From positions 80-64,079 of the forward strand of contig CAWHVF010000011.1 of assembly GCA_963832785.1 (NCBI GenBank): a DNA stretch of 64,000 nt. The letters are read 5' to 3'. The DNA comes from an uncultured Acidobacteriota bacterium. GTDB lineage: Bacteria > Acidobacteriota > Terriglobia > Terriglobales > Acidobacteriaceae. The position numbers and the translations under genes are program-made. Under the pieces are notes generated by a model, which worked only from the letters and a program-made list of their open reading frames with translations, ran no database searches and was not told the origin of the DNA. Shown piece by piece: positions 37,408 through 46,941 of the stretch (the stretch's first letter is position 1; each line of letters starts with the position of its first letter).

Positions 37408-38459
37408 AGTCACGGCCGGGATTGTTCGGGCTTGCGACCGGGCTGGCTCTGTTGGCCGTCCTGGCCATTATTCTCGCTTCTCCCAGCAGCCGCGCACAGG
37501 CGGCGCCGCCTCCGCCCCAGCCAGTGCAAACACAGCCATCGGCGAGGAGCGCCGTTTCCCCGGTAAGGCTGAAGCTCTCTCCCCAGACCATCGAAATGGG
37601 GGCGTTCTACAACGGCGCCAGGCTGAAGATGGAGGGCACCGTCCCCAGCGGCTCGAAGGTGATGGTGGTTATCCGGGGCGCTTCCAAGGATGAAGTGTTC
37701 AACAAAAAATCGCACGTCGGCCCCATCTGGGTCAACGTCGACAAGGTGCACGTTACCGGACCTCCTTCGCTGTTTCTGCGCTTCAGCTCCGAAGACGTGC
37801 ACACGTTTCTGGATCGCCAGACAATTGACGCTTACGTGCTGGACGAGCTCTCCATCAGGAACCGCCTGCATATTCGCACGGAGCGCGGAGTGCGGGACCC
37901 GGATGCCCTGCGTCAGCTCGCCGACTATTACGTGGAGTTGAAGAAGAAAGACGGCAGTTATCGCCGCCTTTCGGACCGGGTCCAGGTCAACCCGGGCGCC
38001 GACGGGCTCGAGCATTACAGCCTGGAATTCGGCTGGCCCAAACTGGCTCTACCGGGCACTTACCAGGTGGAAGTCTACGCCTGCCGCGACGGGCAGATCG
38101 TGGGACAAAGCGGATCTCAGCTTCGCCTGGTGGAAGTCGGCTTTCCCGCCCTGCTGTTAATTACCGCGCAGAAACACCCGCTGGGATATGGCATTCTGGC
38201 GGTGCTGGCGGCGGTAATCGCAGGACTCGGAATCGATCTTCTTGTTATGCTTGTAAGCGGCAAGAAGAAACTGCCCGGGAAACTGACGCCCGCTCCCCAA
38301 CCGGCACAGCGCGTCAGGGGGGCGGCCGCGGGTGCGGGCGGACCGCCGCGGCGGGAGCAGGATGGCGGATTGCCCATCGCGGAGCTCGAGCCGGGATGCG
38401 GCGCCAATCATACAGCGGAGAGTGGGGAAACCGCTGAGGGCAGCGACCTTGGTCCTTGA
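37398..38459 (+). CDS. TIGR02186/Alph_Pro_TM-like membrane protein (signal anchor, periplasmic domain, C-terminal TM segments)
   Basis: MALKSRPGLFGLATGLALLAVLAIILA...; the C-terminus reads FPALLLITAQKHPLGYGILAVLAAVIAGLGIDLLVML. From memory, this family is commonly encoded next to TauE-type permeases. The first 237 codons of ORF 36687-38459 are an out-of-frame overlap and were rejected. Confidence 0.55.
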   Translation: MALKSRPGLFGLATGLALLAVLAIILASPSSRAQAAPPPPQPVQTQPSARSAVSPVRLKLSPQTIEMGAFYNGARLKMEGTVPSGSKVMVVIRGASKDEVFNKKSHVGPIWVNVDKVHVTGPPSLFLRFSSEDVHTFLDRQTIDAYVLDELSIRNRLHIRTERGVRDPDALRQLADYYVELKKKDGSYRRLSDRVQVNPGADGLEHYSLEFGWPKLALPGTYQVEVYACRDGQIVGQSGSQLRLVEVGFPALLLITAQKHPLGYGILAVLAAVIAGLGIDLLVMLVSGKKKLPGKLTPAPQPAQRVRGAAAGAGGPPRREQDGGLPIAELEPGCGANHTAESGETAEGSDLGP

Positions 38460-38618
38460 GCGCGCATATCGGCGTCGGGGACCGGCGTCTCGAAGTAGCA
38501 AAACCCTAAGTTATGTTTTAAGCTCGAACTCTTCTGATCCAGGTTGCCCGGGCAAAGCTGTGAACTGCCGACGGGCGCTGGCCGTTCGGCAGCAGGAATA
38601 TCGGAGCAGGGGGCTGAC

Positions 38619-39428
38619 ATGTCTGTGGTCACCATTTCGCGCGGAACCTTCAGCGGCGGCAAGGCGTTGGCCGAATGCCTGGCCCAGAGGCTGGGATATC
38701 GCTGTGTCGACCGCGATGTAATCGTCGAAAGAGCTGCCGCGCACGGGGTATCGCAGGACGTCTTGCGCGACGCGCTGCAAAAGCCGCCGACCTTCCTGGA
38801 ACGCTTCAGCCACAACCGATACATCTACCTGACTCTTATCCAGGCCGCCCTCACCGAGGAGGTCAAGGACGGCAAGGTAATCTACCATGGGAATGCCGGC
38901 CATCTCCTGCTGCGCGGCGGGCCCAACGTGCTGCGCACCCGCATCATCGCTCCCTTGGAGTTCCGCATTCGCACCATGATGGAGCGGCTCAAGTACAGCC
39001 GGGAGGAAGCCGCGGTTTTTCTCCAGAAGGGCGATGAAGACCGCCAGAAGTGGACCCACTTCCTCTACGGCGTGAATTGGGGAGATCCATCGCTTTACGA
39101 CATTGTCATCAACCTCGAGCACATGGGGATAGACGAGGCTTGCAAGGTCATCTCGGGACTGGCGAAACAACCTTGCTTCCAGCACACGGCCGAAAGCCGG
39201 AGACGCATGAAGGACCTGGCCCTAGCCAGCCGCGTCAAGGCCGACCTGGTTCTCGACCCCAAGACCTCGGAGCTGGAGCTGGATGTGCAGGCACGCGATG
39301 GGGAGGTAACTATCAGCGGAAAGGTTCCGTTCCTCAGCGAGGTCGATGAAATCGAGCGCGTGGTCCGCTCGACTCCGGGCGTGGCCGTCCTGCGCCTGGA
39401 TGAGCTGGTTTCTTCCACCCGCGACTAA
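38619..39428 (+). CDS. Cytidylate-kinase-like P-loop protein with C-terminal BON domain
   Basis: P-loop ISRGTFSGGKALAECLAQRLGY. The C-terminal part (ELDVQARDGEVTISGKVPFLSEVDEIERVVRSTPGVAVL) looks BON-like. Confidence 0.6.
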   Translation: MSVVTISRGTFSGGKALAECLAQRLGYRCVDRDVIVERAAAHGVSQDVLRDALQKPPTFLERFSHNRYIYLTLIQAALTEEVKDGKVIYHGNAGHLLLRGGPNVLRTRIIAPLEFRIRTMMERLKYSREEAAVFLQKGDEDRQKWTHFLYGVNWGDPSLYDIVINLEHMGIDEACKVISGLAKQPCFQHTAESRRRMKDLALASRVKADLVLDPKTSELELDVQARDGEVTISGKVPFLSEVDEIERVVRSTPGVAVLRLDELVSSTRD

Positions 39429-39436
39429 AGCTAATT

Positions 39437-40438
39437 TCAGAGCTGATGTTCCGGCTTGATGGCAATGGTTCGTCCGCCGGCGGCGGACTCGATGGCCGCC
39501 AGCACCACCGACAACGAGCGGATGGCCTCCGGACCATCCACTTCCGGCTGGCAGCTCTGGCGTACGCAGAAGGCGAACTCCTCCAGTTCGGCCCGCAGGT
39601 AATCGACGGGCGCGAATGTCACCTGCTCCGCCTTCTCCTGGCCGCGGCGCAACACGCTCAGACCCTGGGCCAGATCGCAGGTAGCCAGCGCCTCGGTTCC
39701 ATGCACAGTCAGCGCGAACTTCTCGGCCGAAATGTAGTCGGCCGCCACGTGTCCGATAGCGCCGCTGGCGAAGCGCATCAGCACGGCGCTCACGTCGGCA
39801 ATGTCGCCGGCGGTCTGCAGGTGCGCAAGCATGGCGGAGACCGCGGTGACGCTTCCCAGCAGGTAAATAAGGTTATCGATCTGGTGTATGCCGATCTGCA
39901 TCAGGCAGCCGCCCGGCATCTCGCCCTCTTGCGTTCTCCAATCGCCGGCTTTCAGGTACATGCCGCGGTCCTTGGAGTAGACCGCCTGCGCCAGGCTGAT
40001 GCGGCCCAGCTCGCCTTGCCTGATCATCTCCGCCAGCTTGCGCACAGCGCCATGGCGGCGATAGCTGTGTCCGACGGAAAGGACTACGCCGGCGCGGCGG
40101 CAGGCGTCGACAATGGCATAGGCGTCCGCCAGATCATTGGCGATCGGCTTCTCGACAAAGACATGCTTTCCGGCTGCGGCGGCGGCTTCGGCGCCTTGGC
40201 GATGCTGGGAGTTGGGAGTCGTCAGGATCACGCCTTCGACATTCTGGCATGACACAAGTTCATGCAGAGAGCCCATCGGCTCGCAGCCGAACTTCCAGGC
40301 AAAGGCGCGAACTTTCTCGGGATTGCGCGAATAACAAGCCGTCAGGCGTAGATGCGGGCTATCTTGCAGCGCCGTCGCCAGCACATCCGACCACCATCCC
40401 ATGCCGACGATTGCGACCTTTAGCTTGTCCATGACCAT
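39437..40438 (-). CDS. Gfo/Idh/MocA-family NAD(P)-dependent oxidoreductase
   Basis: KVAIVGMGWWSD Rossmann start and EKPIAN motif. Likely start is MVMDKLK (ATG 40436-40438) rather than the longer ORF. Confidence 0.8.
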   Translation of the reverse strand: MVMDKLKVAIVGMGWWSDVLATALQDSPHLRLTACYSRNPEKVRAFAWKFGCEPMGSLHELVSCQNVEGVILTTPNSQHRQGAEAAAAAGKHVFVEKPIANDLADAYAIVDACRRAGVVLSVGHSYRRHGAVRKLAEMIRQGELGRISLAQAVYSKDRGMYLKAGDWRTQEGEMPGGCLMQIGIHQIDNLIYLLGSVTAVSAMLAHLQTAGDIADVSAVLMRFASGAIGHVAADYISAEKFALTVHGTEALATCDLAQGLSVLRRGQEKAEQVTFAPVDYLRAELEEFAFCVRQSCQPEVDGPEAIRSLSVVLAAIESAAGGRTIAIKPEHQL

Positions 40439-40685
40439 CACTCTGGATTTGTAGCGCTGGCCTCCCGCCCGGCTGGCCGTACTGGCGGCGTCTGCGCCGA
40501 CAGCCAGCACTGCTTCCCTCTCCGCCACTCGCCGGGCCTTCTCCCGGGCAAGCCGCACGGACCGTAGATTGCGTTCGATCAGGGGCAGGAGCGGACGTTT
40601 TTCCCCGCCCTACCGTACATATCAACGGCAACAAAATACGGCTCCGTGCGGCAGAACAGCAAGTCGTTTACTGCTATCTCACTCA

Positions 40686-42485
40686 CTACTGCCAAGGTAC
40701 AAAATCGCCGGGCCTTGGCGGCTTTATAGGTGTCAAACCTATGTCTTCTGGTGAAGTTGGCGGCGGTTTGAGCAGGTTTCGTATCTCCATAAACTGAGCC
40801 TCTGCCCTGGTAAACGCGCCAAGTGATTTGCTATAAAGAAATATCATTTCATCTCCATTGGCGAGTTGAGCATCGGCCAGATAGTTTCGTCCACGATATA
40901 GCTCGTCCTGCGCTTTCGAAAATTTATCGGACAACAGCAGGTATACCGCCATGTTGGAATTTAGCTCTATTTTAGTGAGTTTCAGCACTGCACCCGCTCG
41001 TCTCAGGGCATCTTCTGCCGAGCGCAAAGACGCCTCTACAACCGCAGAAGGGCTGGACCTAAGGCTCAATGTAAAAAATGAGTCTGTTCCCATTTGAAGG
41101 CGTGGGGCTATCCCGCCGCCAAAAGTACTAAGTTTGTTCTTGCCAATGGGACCGGTAGCAATTAACCTTACACCCTTGTCTCCCTTGTCAGGTAAGCTAA
41201 GAGTGATCCAGTCATTTTCGCCATGCCCCATGTAAAGAGTCTGCTTTTCGACATCTGTATGGCGGTACAACATCTTGGCGAACTCGAGATCGATCTTGCC
41301 GGCATACTTGTTAAGCATAATCCAAGCATGGATCATTCGGGGGTCCTCTTGGAATACGCGCTCAGGCCCGGCCACACCAAGCGTTTTGGTGGCCGATGGG
41401 ATGATGTATGCATTCATGGCGGCAATCCAGTCTTTTTCGCCAAAGTCACCTGGCTTACGCCAGCTATTCACAGCCGCCGTTAGTTCGGATACATAAGCGA
41501 CACCGTCCGTATCGATCAAAAGCCAGTTGTGCACCCTTTGGCCTGTATACTTCCAGGTCGATGCATCTTGTTTGGCTTTCGCCGCCGACGAGTAGAGTTG
41601 AGTGAGGTGCCTTAGCGCAAGAGTAGGAACGAGTCCAAAGTCTTTGTCAATTTCACGTGGCGTCGGTAAGTAGCCTCCGGAGGTGTAAAAGCCTTGATTG
41701 TTCATGCCTGGATGGCGATATAGTTCTCCTGGCCACGCGCCGGTGGCTATAAATGGATAACCTTCTTTTGGGAATGCGACGTAAGTGACAGGCCATGGAC
41801 CGCATTGGTCGCATGAGTCACCGATGACCATCTTTCCACTCTTAGTTGCTGAGCCCCACGCTGCCCAGCGGCTGCAACTATGCTCATCTTCACTCTTTAA
41901 AAACGATTCATTCATTGCATTCAGTTTAGCTAGCTTGCCAGGCTGGTAGCCTGTTGGCGAAATATAGCGATACTGTTTTGGCGGCAGCGACTGCCCTTTC
42001 GCCTCGGCAGGATAGGTTGCTGTGGGGCTTAAACCAAATTCTATCCAAGGTGCGATGTTGATCACCAGGGTATCGATGTAGTGCATAGGATAGCCGGCAT
42101 CAGTGGCCCCCTCCGCCATTCCAATTAGCCAATCGATAGTCTCCGGAGCCGTTTTTTCAATGTAATACTGCATTCCTTTCAGTAGATAGATAACTTTCTC
42201 TGGATCGTTTTTCGTGACGTTAAGAGCAAAGACCCATTGCGCACTCTTGGAAGCGTTGATTCCTGCAGCCAACTGGTACCCATACTGATACCCCATTTCA
42301 CGGTTGCTTCCCGCGACGATGATAGTCGGCATAATTCGGGAAGGAATGGTTTGTTCCTGGGAGAACATTGCCGAATTTCGAGCAGATGGTTGAGATGCTC
42401 CATATACCAGCACGGCTGATAGTGAAGTGGCCAACATCAAAACGACTGGTATCAGAGCATTCCGTAAGGCTTTGCAACGGTTCAT
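40686..42485 (-). CDS. Secreted C45-family (acyl-CoA:6-APA acyltransferase-like, Ntn-type) hydrolase, tentative
   Basis: 599 aa with an N-terminal signal peptide (VVLMLATSLSAVLVYGA). The general pattern resembles C45 peptidases, with HSCSRWAAWG as a possible autoprocessing site. The family assignment comes from memory only. Confidence 0.45.
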   Translation of the reverse strand: MNRCKALRNALIPVVLMLATSLSAVLVYGASQPSARNSAMFSQEQTIPSRIMPTIIVAGSNREMGYQYGYQLAAGINASKSAQWVFALNVTKNDPEKVIYLLKGMQYYIEKTAPETIDWLIGMAEGATDAGYPMHYIDTLVINIAPWIEFGLSPTATYPAEAKGQSLPPKQYRYISPTGYQPGKLAKLNAMNESFLKSEDEHSCSRWAAWGSATKSGKMVIGDSCDQCGPWPVTYVAFPKEGYPFIATGAWPGELYRHPGMNNQGFYTSGGYLPTPREIDKDFGLVPTLALRHLTQLYSSAAKAKQDASTWKYTGQRVHNWLLIDTDGVAYVSELTAAVNSWRKPGDFGEKDWIAAMNAYIIPSATKTLGVAGPERVFQEDPRMIHAWIMLNKYAGKIDLEFAKMLYRHTDVEKQTLYMGHGENDWITLSLPDKGDKGVRLIATGPIGKNKLSTFGGGIAPRLQMGTDSFFTLSLRSSPSAVVEASLRSAEDALRRAGAVLKLTKIELNSNMAVYLLLSDKFSKAQDELYRGRNYLADAQLANGDEMIFLYSKSLGAFTRAEAQFMEIRNLLKPPPTSPEDIGLTPIKPPRPGDFVPWQ

Positions 42486-42751
42486 TCTTTTAATGCCCCA
42501 CCTTTCTTTTTGAGTGTTTGTGACTTCATATTAGAGTTAGCTATTTGGTGTAGTTTCCACGACGAGAATGCGGCAGTTTCCGCTTGACCGTGTAATGTTG
42601 TTTCTTTTGTAGGCAAATAAGCGCCTGTTTCGGGCTCCCTCGTGGGGGACCAACCGCTATTTCTTCGCTTGCCATGCTCTCCTGCAACGCCCAACCTCTA
42701 AGGTGGCCACGGCACTGGCCAGGAGCTTGATTTTGGCGTGCTGTGTGAAAG

Positions 42752-44098
42752 TCATTTTCCTGCAGCCGCGCCTGCCACCAGCACCTTCTCAGTGGGCATC
42801 TCCGCCTCCGGAGGGGCGATCGACTTGGTTGGATTCACCGTGACAATGGCCACGGCTCCGATAGCCAGCAGTGAGGTGGAGACGATAAACGGAACCACCC
42901 AGGAACCGCTCCAATCGACAATGGCGCCGAATATAACCGGAGAGATCATTCCGGCGACACCAAATCCGGTATTCATGACTCCCGAGACGGTGCCGGAATA
43001 GTAGTTCCCGCCCAGGTCCATGGCGATAGCCCACAAGTTTGCATTGGCGCCTTCCAGGCAGAAGAAAGCAGCCGTAAGCGCATAGACGGCGGTGTAGGGG
43101 TTGGCCGTGTAGACTCCGATGATCGTGAAGATCATCGAGCTGACGAAGGCGGTGAAGGTTATAGAGCATCTGGCCAGTCTCAGATTGCCGGTCTTGACAA
43201 ACATCCAATCGGAGAGCAGTCCGCCCACCAGGTCGCCCACCATGCCTCCGAGCAGGGGCAGCGCGGCGTAAAAGCCCATCTTCAGCAGGGTGAAGTGGCG
43301 CGAGGCAACCAGGTAGGTGGGAAGCCAGGTTAGATAGACCCATAAGCTGTACCCATAGCAGAAGTCGGAAAAGACCAGGCGCCAGATATTGCCGTTGCGG
43401 GCGATGAGCCGCCAGGGAATCGGTCTTTTCTTGGGCGCGGCCGCGGCGGCGCCGGCGCGGCCGCCGGCAATTCGGCCTAGCTCGGCTTCATTGACGCCGC
43501 GATGGTCCCTGGGATTATCCCGATAAACCACAAAAAAACCAACAGACCAAGCTAAGCCGATTGCGCCGAGCACATAGAATACGGAACGCCATCCGAAGCG
43601 CACCATCAAAGCCACTGCCACCGGAGGAGCAACGGCGGCACCGAAGCGCGAAGCCGCATGGGTTATTCCCTGCAGGTTGCCCCTGGCTTCCGGCGGAAAC
43701 CAGGTGGCCATTGCCCGGGTGGCGACCGGGAAGCCGCCGGCCTCGCCCAATCCAAACAGCAACCGGATACAAAAGAGCGATATCAGGTTCCATCCCAGCG
43801 AGGTTATAGCGGTAAAGGCCGACCACCAGGACATCATTATCGACAGTACCCTGCGCGGCCCGTAAGCATCGCCCATGGTTCCGCCGACAATCTGAAAGAG
43901 CGCATAAGGATAGGAAAACGCCGCAAATATCAACCCCATCTGCGTCTTGCTGAAGGCAAGCTCCTTCATCATTTGCGGCGCGGTTACGGAAATAGCTACG
44001 CGGTCTAAGTAGGAAATGAGATAAAGAAGGCAGAGCCAGAAGAGAACAACATAGCGAACTTTGCTCGCCCTAGGTGAATTATTCAGGACATCTTCCAT
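42752..44098 (-). CDS. MFS transporter (anion:cation symporter/ACS-like)
   Basis: About 12 TM helices. YLDRVAISVTAP and GTMGDAYGPRRVL motifs are typical of ACS-type MFS carriers. Confidence 0.8.
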   Translation of the reverse strand: MEDVLNNSPRASKVRYVVLFWLCLLYLISYLDRVAISVTAPQMMKELAFSKTQMGLIFAAFSYPYALFQIVGGTMGDAYGPRRVLSIMMSWWSAFTAITSLGWNLISLFCIRLLFGLGEAGGFPVATRAMATWFPPEARGNLQGITHAASRFGAAVAPPVAVALMVRFGWRSVFYVLGAIGLAWSVGFFVVYRDNPRDHRGVNEAELGRIAGGRAGAAAAAPKKRPIPWRLIARNGNIWRLVFSDFCYGYSLWVYLTWLPTYLVASRHFTLLKMGFYAALPLLGGMVGDLVGGLLSDWMFVKTGNLRLARCSITFTAFVSSMIFTIIGVYTANPYTAVYALTAAFFCLEGANANLWAIAMDLGGNYYSGTVSGVMNTGFGVAGMISPVIFGAIVDWSGSWVVPFIVSTSLLAIGAVAIVTVNPTKSIAPPEAEMPTEKVLVAGAAAGK

Positions 44099-44128
44099 AC
44101 GATCACGCCCTCCAGATTGCTTAGAACG

Positions 44129-44331
44129 TGTTTCATAAATGGAATTAGCCGGTGGAAGCCCACGCCTTCAGGCGTGGGAAACAATGCGCAATAGAGAACG
44201 CCTTTAGGCGCTGTGGATAGATCGCCACGGCGGCTAAAGCCGCTTTAGACTGATGCCTTGGTCCCCACGGCTAAAGCCGTGGGCTTCCACGATAACCCCT
44301 CTCCCTTAAAGCCAAAACCATTTATGAAACA
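44129..44331. repeat. REP/BIME-like nested palindromic element (MITE-like) of about 200 bp
   Basis: Perfect 14-bp terminal inverted repeats TGTTTCATAAATGG / CCATTTATGAAACA (44129-44142 / 44318-44331). Second-level 13-bp inverted repeat GTGGAAGCCCACG / CGTGGGCTTCCAC (44152-44164 / 44278-44290). There are four internal short GC hairpins with TTCA/TTTA/TAAA loops. Confidence 0.7.
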
Positions 44332-44435
44332 AGCTCCAGGAAAGATCGCACATCGGCTACTCTATACAGCCTGTTCCTGAACGCCTTGATCTTACGTCGA
44401 CTACCCACCTCCAACACCGGCTTACCAAACAGCTT

Positions 44436-45413
44436 CTAGATGACGCTGAAGCACTGCCTCTGCTGTTCCGAGCGGTGCCGGAGCGATTTGTCGCTGTCCT
44501 GCTTGCCTTGCTCATAGAATTTCGCGGCATCAACGAATTGCCCAATAACAGCCGGTCTGCGCTCATGCTTCAGGGTGGCTATATAAAGCCTGCGCACCAG
44601 CGACACCCCTTCAATGCGGACCGATGCTACCCTGCCAATTTCTATGGCATCCTGCGCCGAATAACGGGGAACAATGCTAATCCCCAAGCCGGCATTTACG
44701 CTGGACAGCAGCGACATGGTGCTGGACACCTCTCCACAACTGCCGGCCTGCGCCGGAAGCGCCGCCTGCCGCTCGGCAAGCTTCTCCTGGACAAACATCC
44801 TGATGCCGCTGGCGCTCTTATGCCAGATAAAGATCTGCTCCATCAGCTCAACCGGCTGCACGCTTTGCCGGCTTGCCCAGGGATGGCTGGGCGGTACGAT
44901 CAGCACCAGTTCATCCTCAATCCATTCCGCCAGTTCCAAGCGATCATCTCTCAGGGGAAAGCCGACGAAGCCCACATCGTAGGCATGGTCCAGAACGCCC
45001 TTGATAATCGCCGCCGTTTCCGCCGGCTCGACCATGACCTCGATGCCGGGATGGGTTTGCTGGAAGCGCGCCACCACGTGAGGAAGGACGTGGTCGGTCA
45101 TGATCGGTCCGGCGCCGACGCGAATCTGTACCTTACCCCGTTGCAGTTCTTCGAAAAGCTCGGCTTCCAGCTTCTGGCAGGAGGTGGTTAGCTGTACCGC
45201 CTTGCGCAGTACGATTTCTCCCTCCGGAGTAAGCTCCACCCCTTTGCCCTTTCGGGTCAGGAGCTTGACTCCAATGGATTCCTCCAGGTTCTGGATTTGC
45301 AGGGTAATGGTAGGCTGGCGGAGATGCAGCTTCTGCGCCGCCGCCGATAGAGTGCCCTGTTCAACCACGACGATAAATGTTTTTAGCAGGTTCAGGTTTA
45401 ACATATCCGGCAA
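44436..45413 (-). CDS. LysR-family transcriptional regulator
   Basis: N-terminal HTH LNLLKTFIVVVEQGTLSAAAQKLHLRQPTITLQIQNLEE followed by a LysR substrate-binding-type domain. Confidence 0.9.
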   Translation of the reverse strand: MPDMLNLNLLKTFIVVVEQGTLSAAAQKLHLRQPTITLQIQNLEESIGVKLLTRKGKGVELTPEGEIVLRKAVQLTTSCQKLEAELFEELQRGKVQIRVGAGPIMTDHVLPHVVARFQQTHPGIEVMVEPAETAAIIKGVLDHAYDVGFVGFPLRDDRLELAEWIEDELVLIVPPSHPWASRQSVQPVELMEQIFIWHKSASGIRMFVQEKLAERQAALPAQAGSCGEVSSTMSLLSSVNAGLGISIVPRYSAQDAIEIGRVASVRIEGVSLVRRLYIATLKHERRPAVIGQFVDAAKFYEQGKQDSDKSLRHRSEQQRQCFSVI

Positions 45414-45538
45414 TTCACTTCTCTCTGTGCGCCGCTCTCAATCCGACGCCGGCCGGCGGAGTAGCGCCGGACTCCGGTCCGGCGCTCCCACCTCTTGTCA
45501 GCGTTTGGGATACAGCATTTCTCCTCGCGCACTAATAG

Positions 45539-46078
45539 TCATGCATTTACGGCAGCCAGCGAATACCCGATCTCAAAGGCTTTCTTATTCTCCTCCTGCA
45601 TCTTCGGTATCCGTTCCAGCATGACCTGCAAAGTGTTTTCCTTGCTCAAGGTGTTCTCCATCAGATGCGTCAGATAACCGAGAGCTATGACGTTGGCGTA
45701 AACCTCTCTCCCCAGCTCCTTGAGAGCAAGGTCGCGGGCGGGCAGGGGCATCTGGCGGCAAGGCAGGGCGTTATCTACTTCGACATAGTGAGGCTCGTAG
45801 ATGAGCAGCCCCTGGCTGACCAGGTGCTTGAATTGGGTGTAAGCGGCCTTCGAGAGGGCCACCATGAAATCCGGATTTTCGCAAACCGGACTATCCACCG
45901 GTTCGTCGGAGATGACCACCTGCGCCCGCACGTATCCGCCGCGGGTTTCGGTTCCGTGGCTTACGAGCATGGTGGTATACAGGCCTTGGTTCACCGAAGC
46001 GTTGGCAAGAATCTGTCCCAGCCTGACAACGCCCTGGCCGCCGAAGCCGCTAACCAGCACTTCCAGCCTGTAACTCAT
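45539..46078 (-). CDS. 2-oxoacid:ferredoxin oxidoreductase gamma subunit
   Basis: VSGFGGQGVV motif and a 179-aa size. Confidence 0.85.
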   Translation of the reverse strand: MSYRLEVLVSGFGGQGVVRLGQILANASVNQGLYTTMLVSHGTETRGGYVRAQVVISDEPVDSPVCENPDFMVALSKAAYTQFKHLVSQGLLIYEPHYVEVDNALPCRQMPLPARDLALKELGREVYANVIALGYLTHLMENTLSKENTLQVMLERIPKMQEENKKAFEIGYSLAAVNA

Positions 46079-46941
46079 TATCGTGCCCTCCTCTGAATGT
46101 TCCTGGTGAACTCGAACAGCCGGTCGGCGAACTCCTGGCGGGTGTTGCGGGCATCCAGGTAGATGCCCGTGCGGAAGGAAATTTCTCCGTCAGGCACCTT
46201 GTCATGCAGACGATAGGTGTGTTCCTTGATCCAGGTTTGCATCGCCTTGGGATTGCGCGTGCCGAGAGCGCGATCGGAAAAGTTGGTGACGCAGGGATAA
46301 ATGACATGGATCAGTGACATCCCCTTGTTGGCCAGCGCCATTTTCACGCTCTCCACTATTTCCGGCCCCTGCTGGCTGGTGTGCCGGGCAAGGAAAGTGG
46401 CGCCGGCGTCCCGCAGAAGGTTCATGACGTCCACGCCTTCCTGCATGAAGTTGTACTCGTAGCCGCCGTAAGGAGAGCTATCGGTTTTGACGCCCAGCGG
46501 GGTAGTCCAGCCATACTGGCCGCCGGTGGACATGTAGCCGAGGTTGTCGCACACCACCACCAGCATGTTGGCATTGCGGCGGGCGCAGTGTAATAGGTTG
46601 AGAAGACCGATGCCGAAGGCGTCGCCATCGCCGACCGTCAGCACGAGTTTCTTGTCCGGCTTGAGGGCGATGCGCAGGCCGGAAGCGATGGCGTAGACGC
46701 GTCCGTGGGTGCCGGCGAAGTTGTCGCCCTTCCAGGTGCCGAAGGTCTGGCGCCCGGCGCAGCCGATTCCGGTTCCCCAGACCACGTCACCGGTTTCCAG
46801 TCCCAGCTCATCAATGGCCTTGACGATCGCCTTCTGCACCTGACCCAACCCGCAACCGCTGCAGGCGTTGCTTGGGATCTTCCGCGGCCTCAGGTATTTC
46901 TGTGCCAAGTAGTCCATCGCTACCATACCTCCCATTCCCAT
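46078..46941 (-). CDS. 2-oxoacid:ferredoxin oxidoreductase beta (TPP-binding) subunit
   Basis: CSGCGLGQ, GIGCAG and GDGDAFGIG motifs. The exact start is uncertain because several in-frame Met overlap the alpha-subunit stop. Confidence 0.85.
   Translation of the reverse strand: MGMGGMVAMDYLAQKYLRPRKIPSNACSGCGLGQVQKAIVKAIDELGLETGDVVWGTGIGCAGRQTFGTWKGDNFAGTHGRVYAIASGLRIALKPDKKLVLTVGDGDAFGIGLLNLLHCARRNANMLVVVCDNLGYMSTGGQYGWTTPLGVKTDSSPYGGYEYNFMQEGVDVMNLLRDAGATFLARHTSQQGPEIVESVKMALANKGMSLIHVIYPCVTNFSDRALGTRNPKAMQTWIKEHTYRLHDKVPDGEISFRTGIYLDARNTRQEFADRLFEFTRNIQRRAR

Noticed and set aside
36687-38459. 590-aa ORF taken as a single protein
   Set aside because: The first 237 codons overlap the second TSUP gene out of frame and translate to Arg/Gly/Pro-rich nonsense. 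The real gene starts at ATG 37398 with a signal-anchor sequence.
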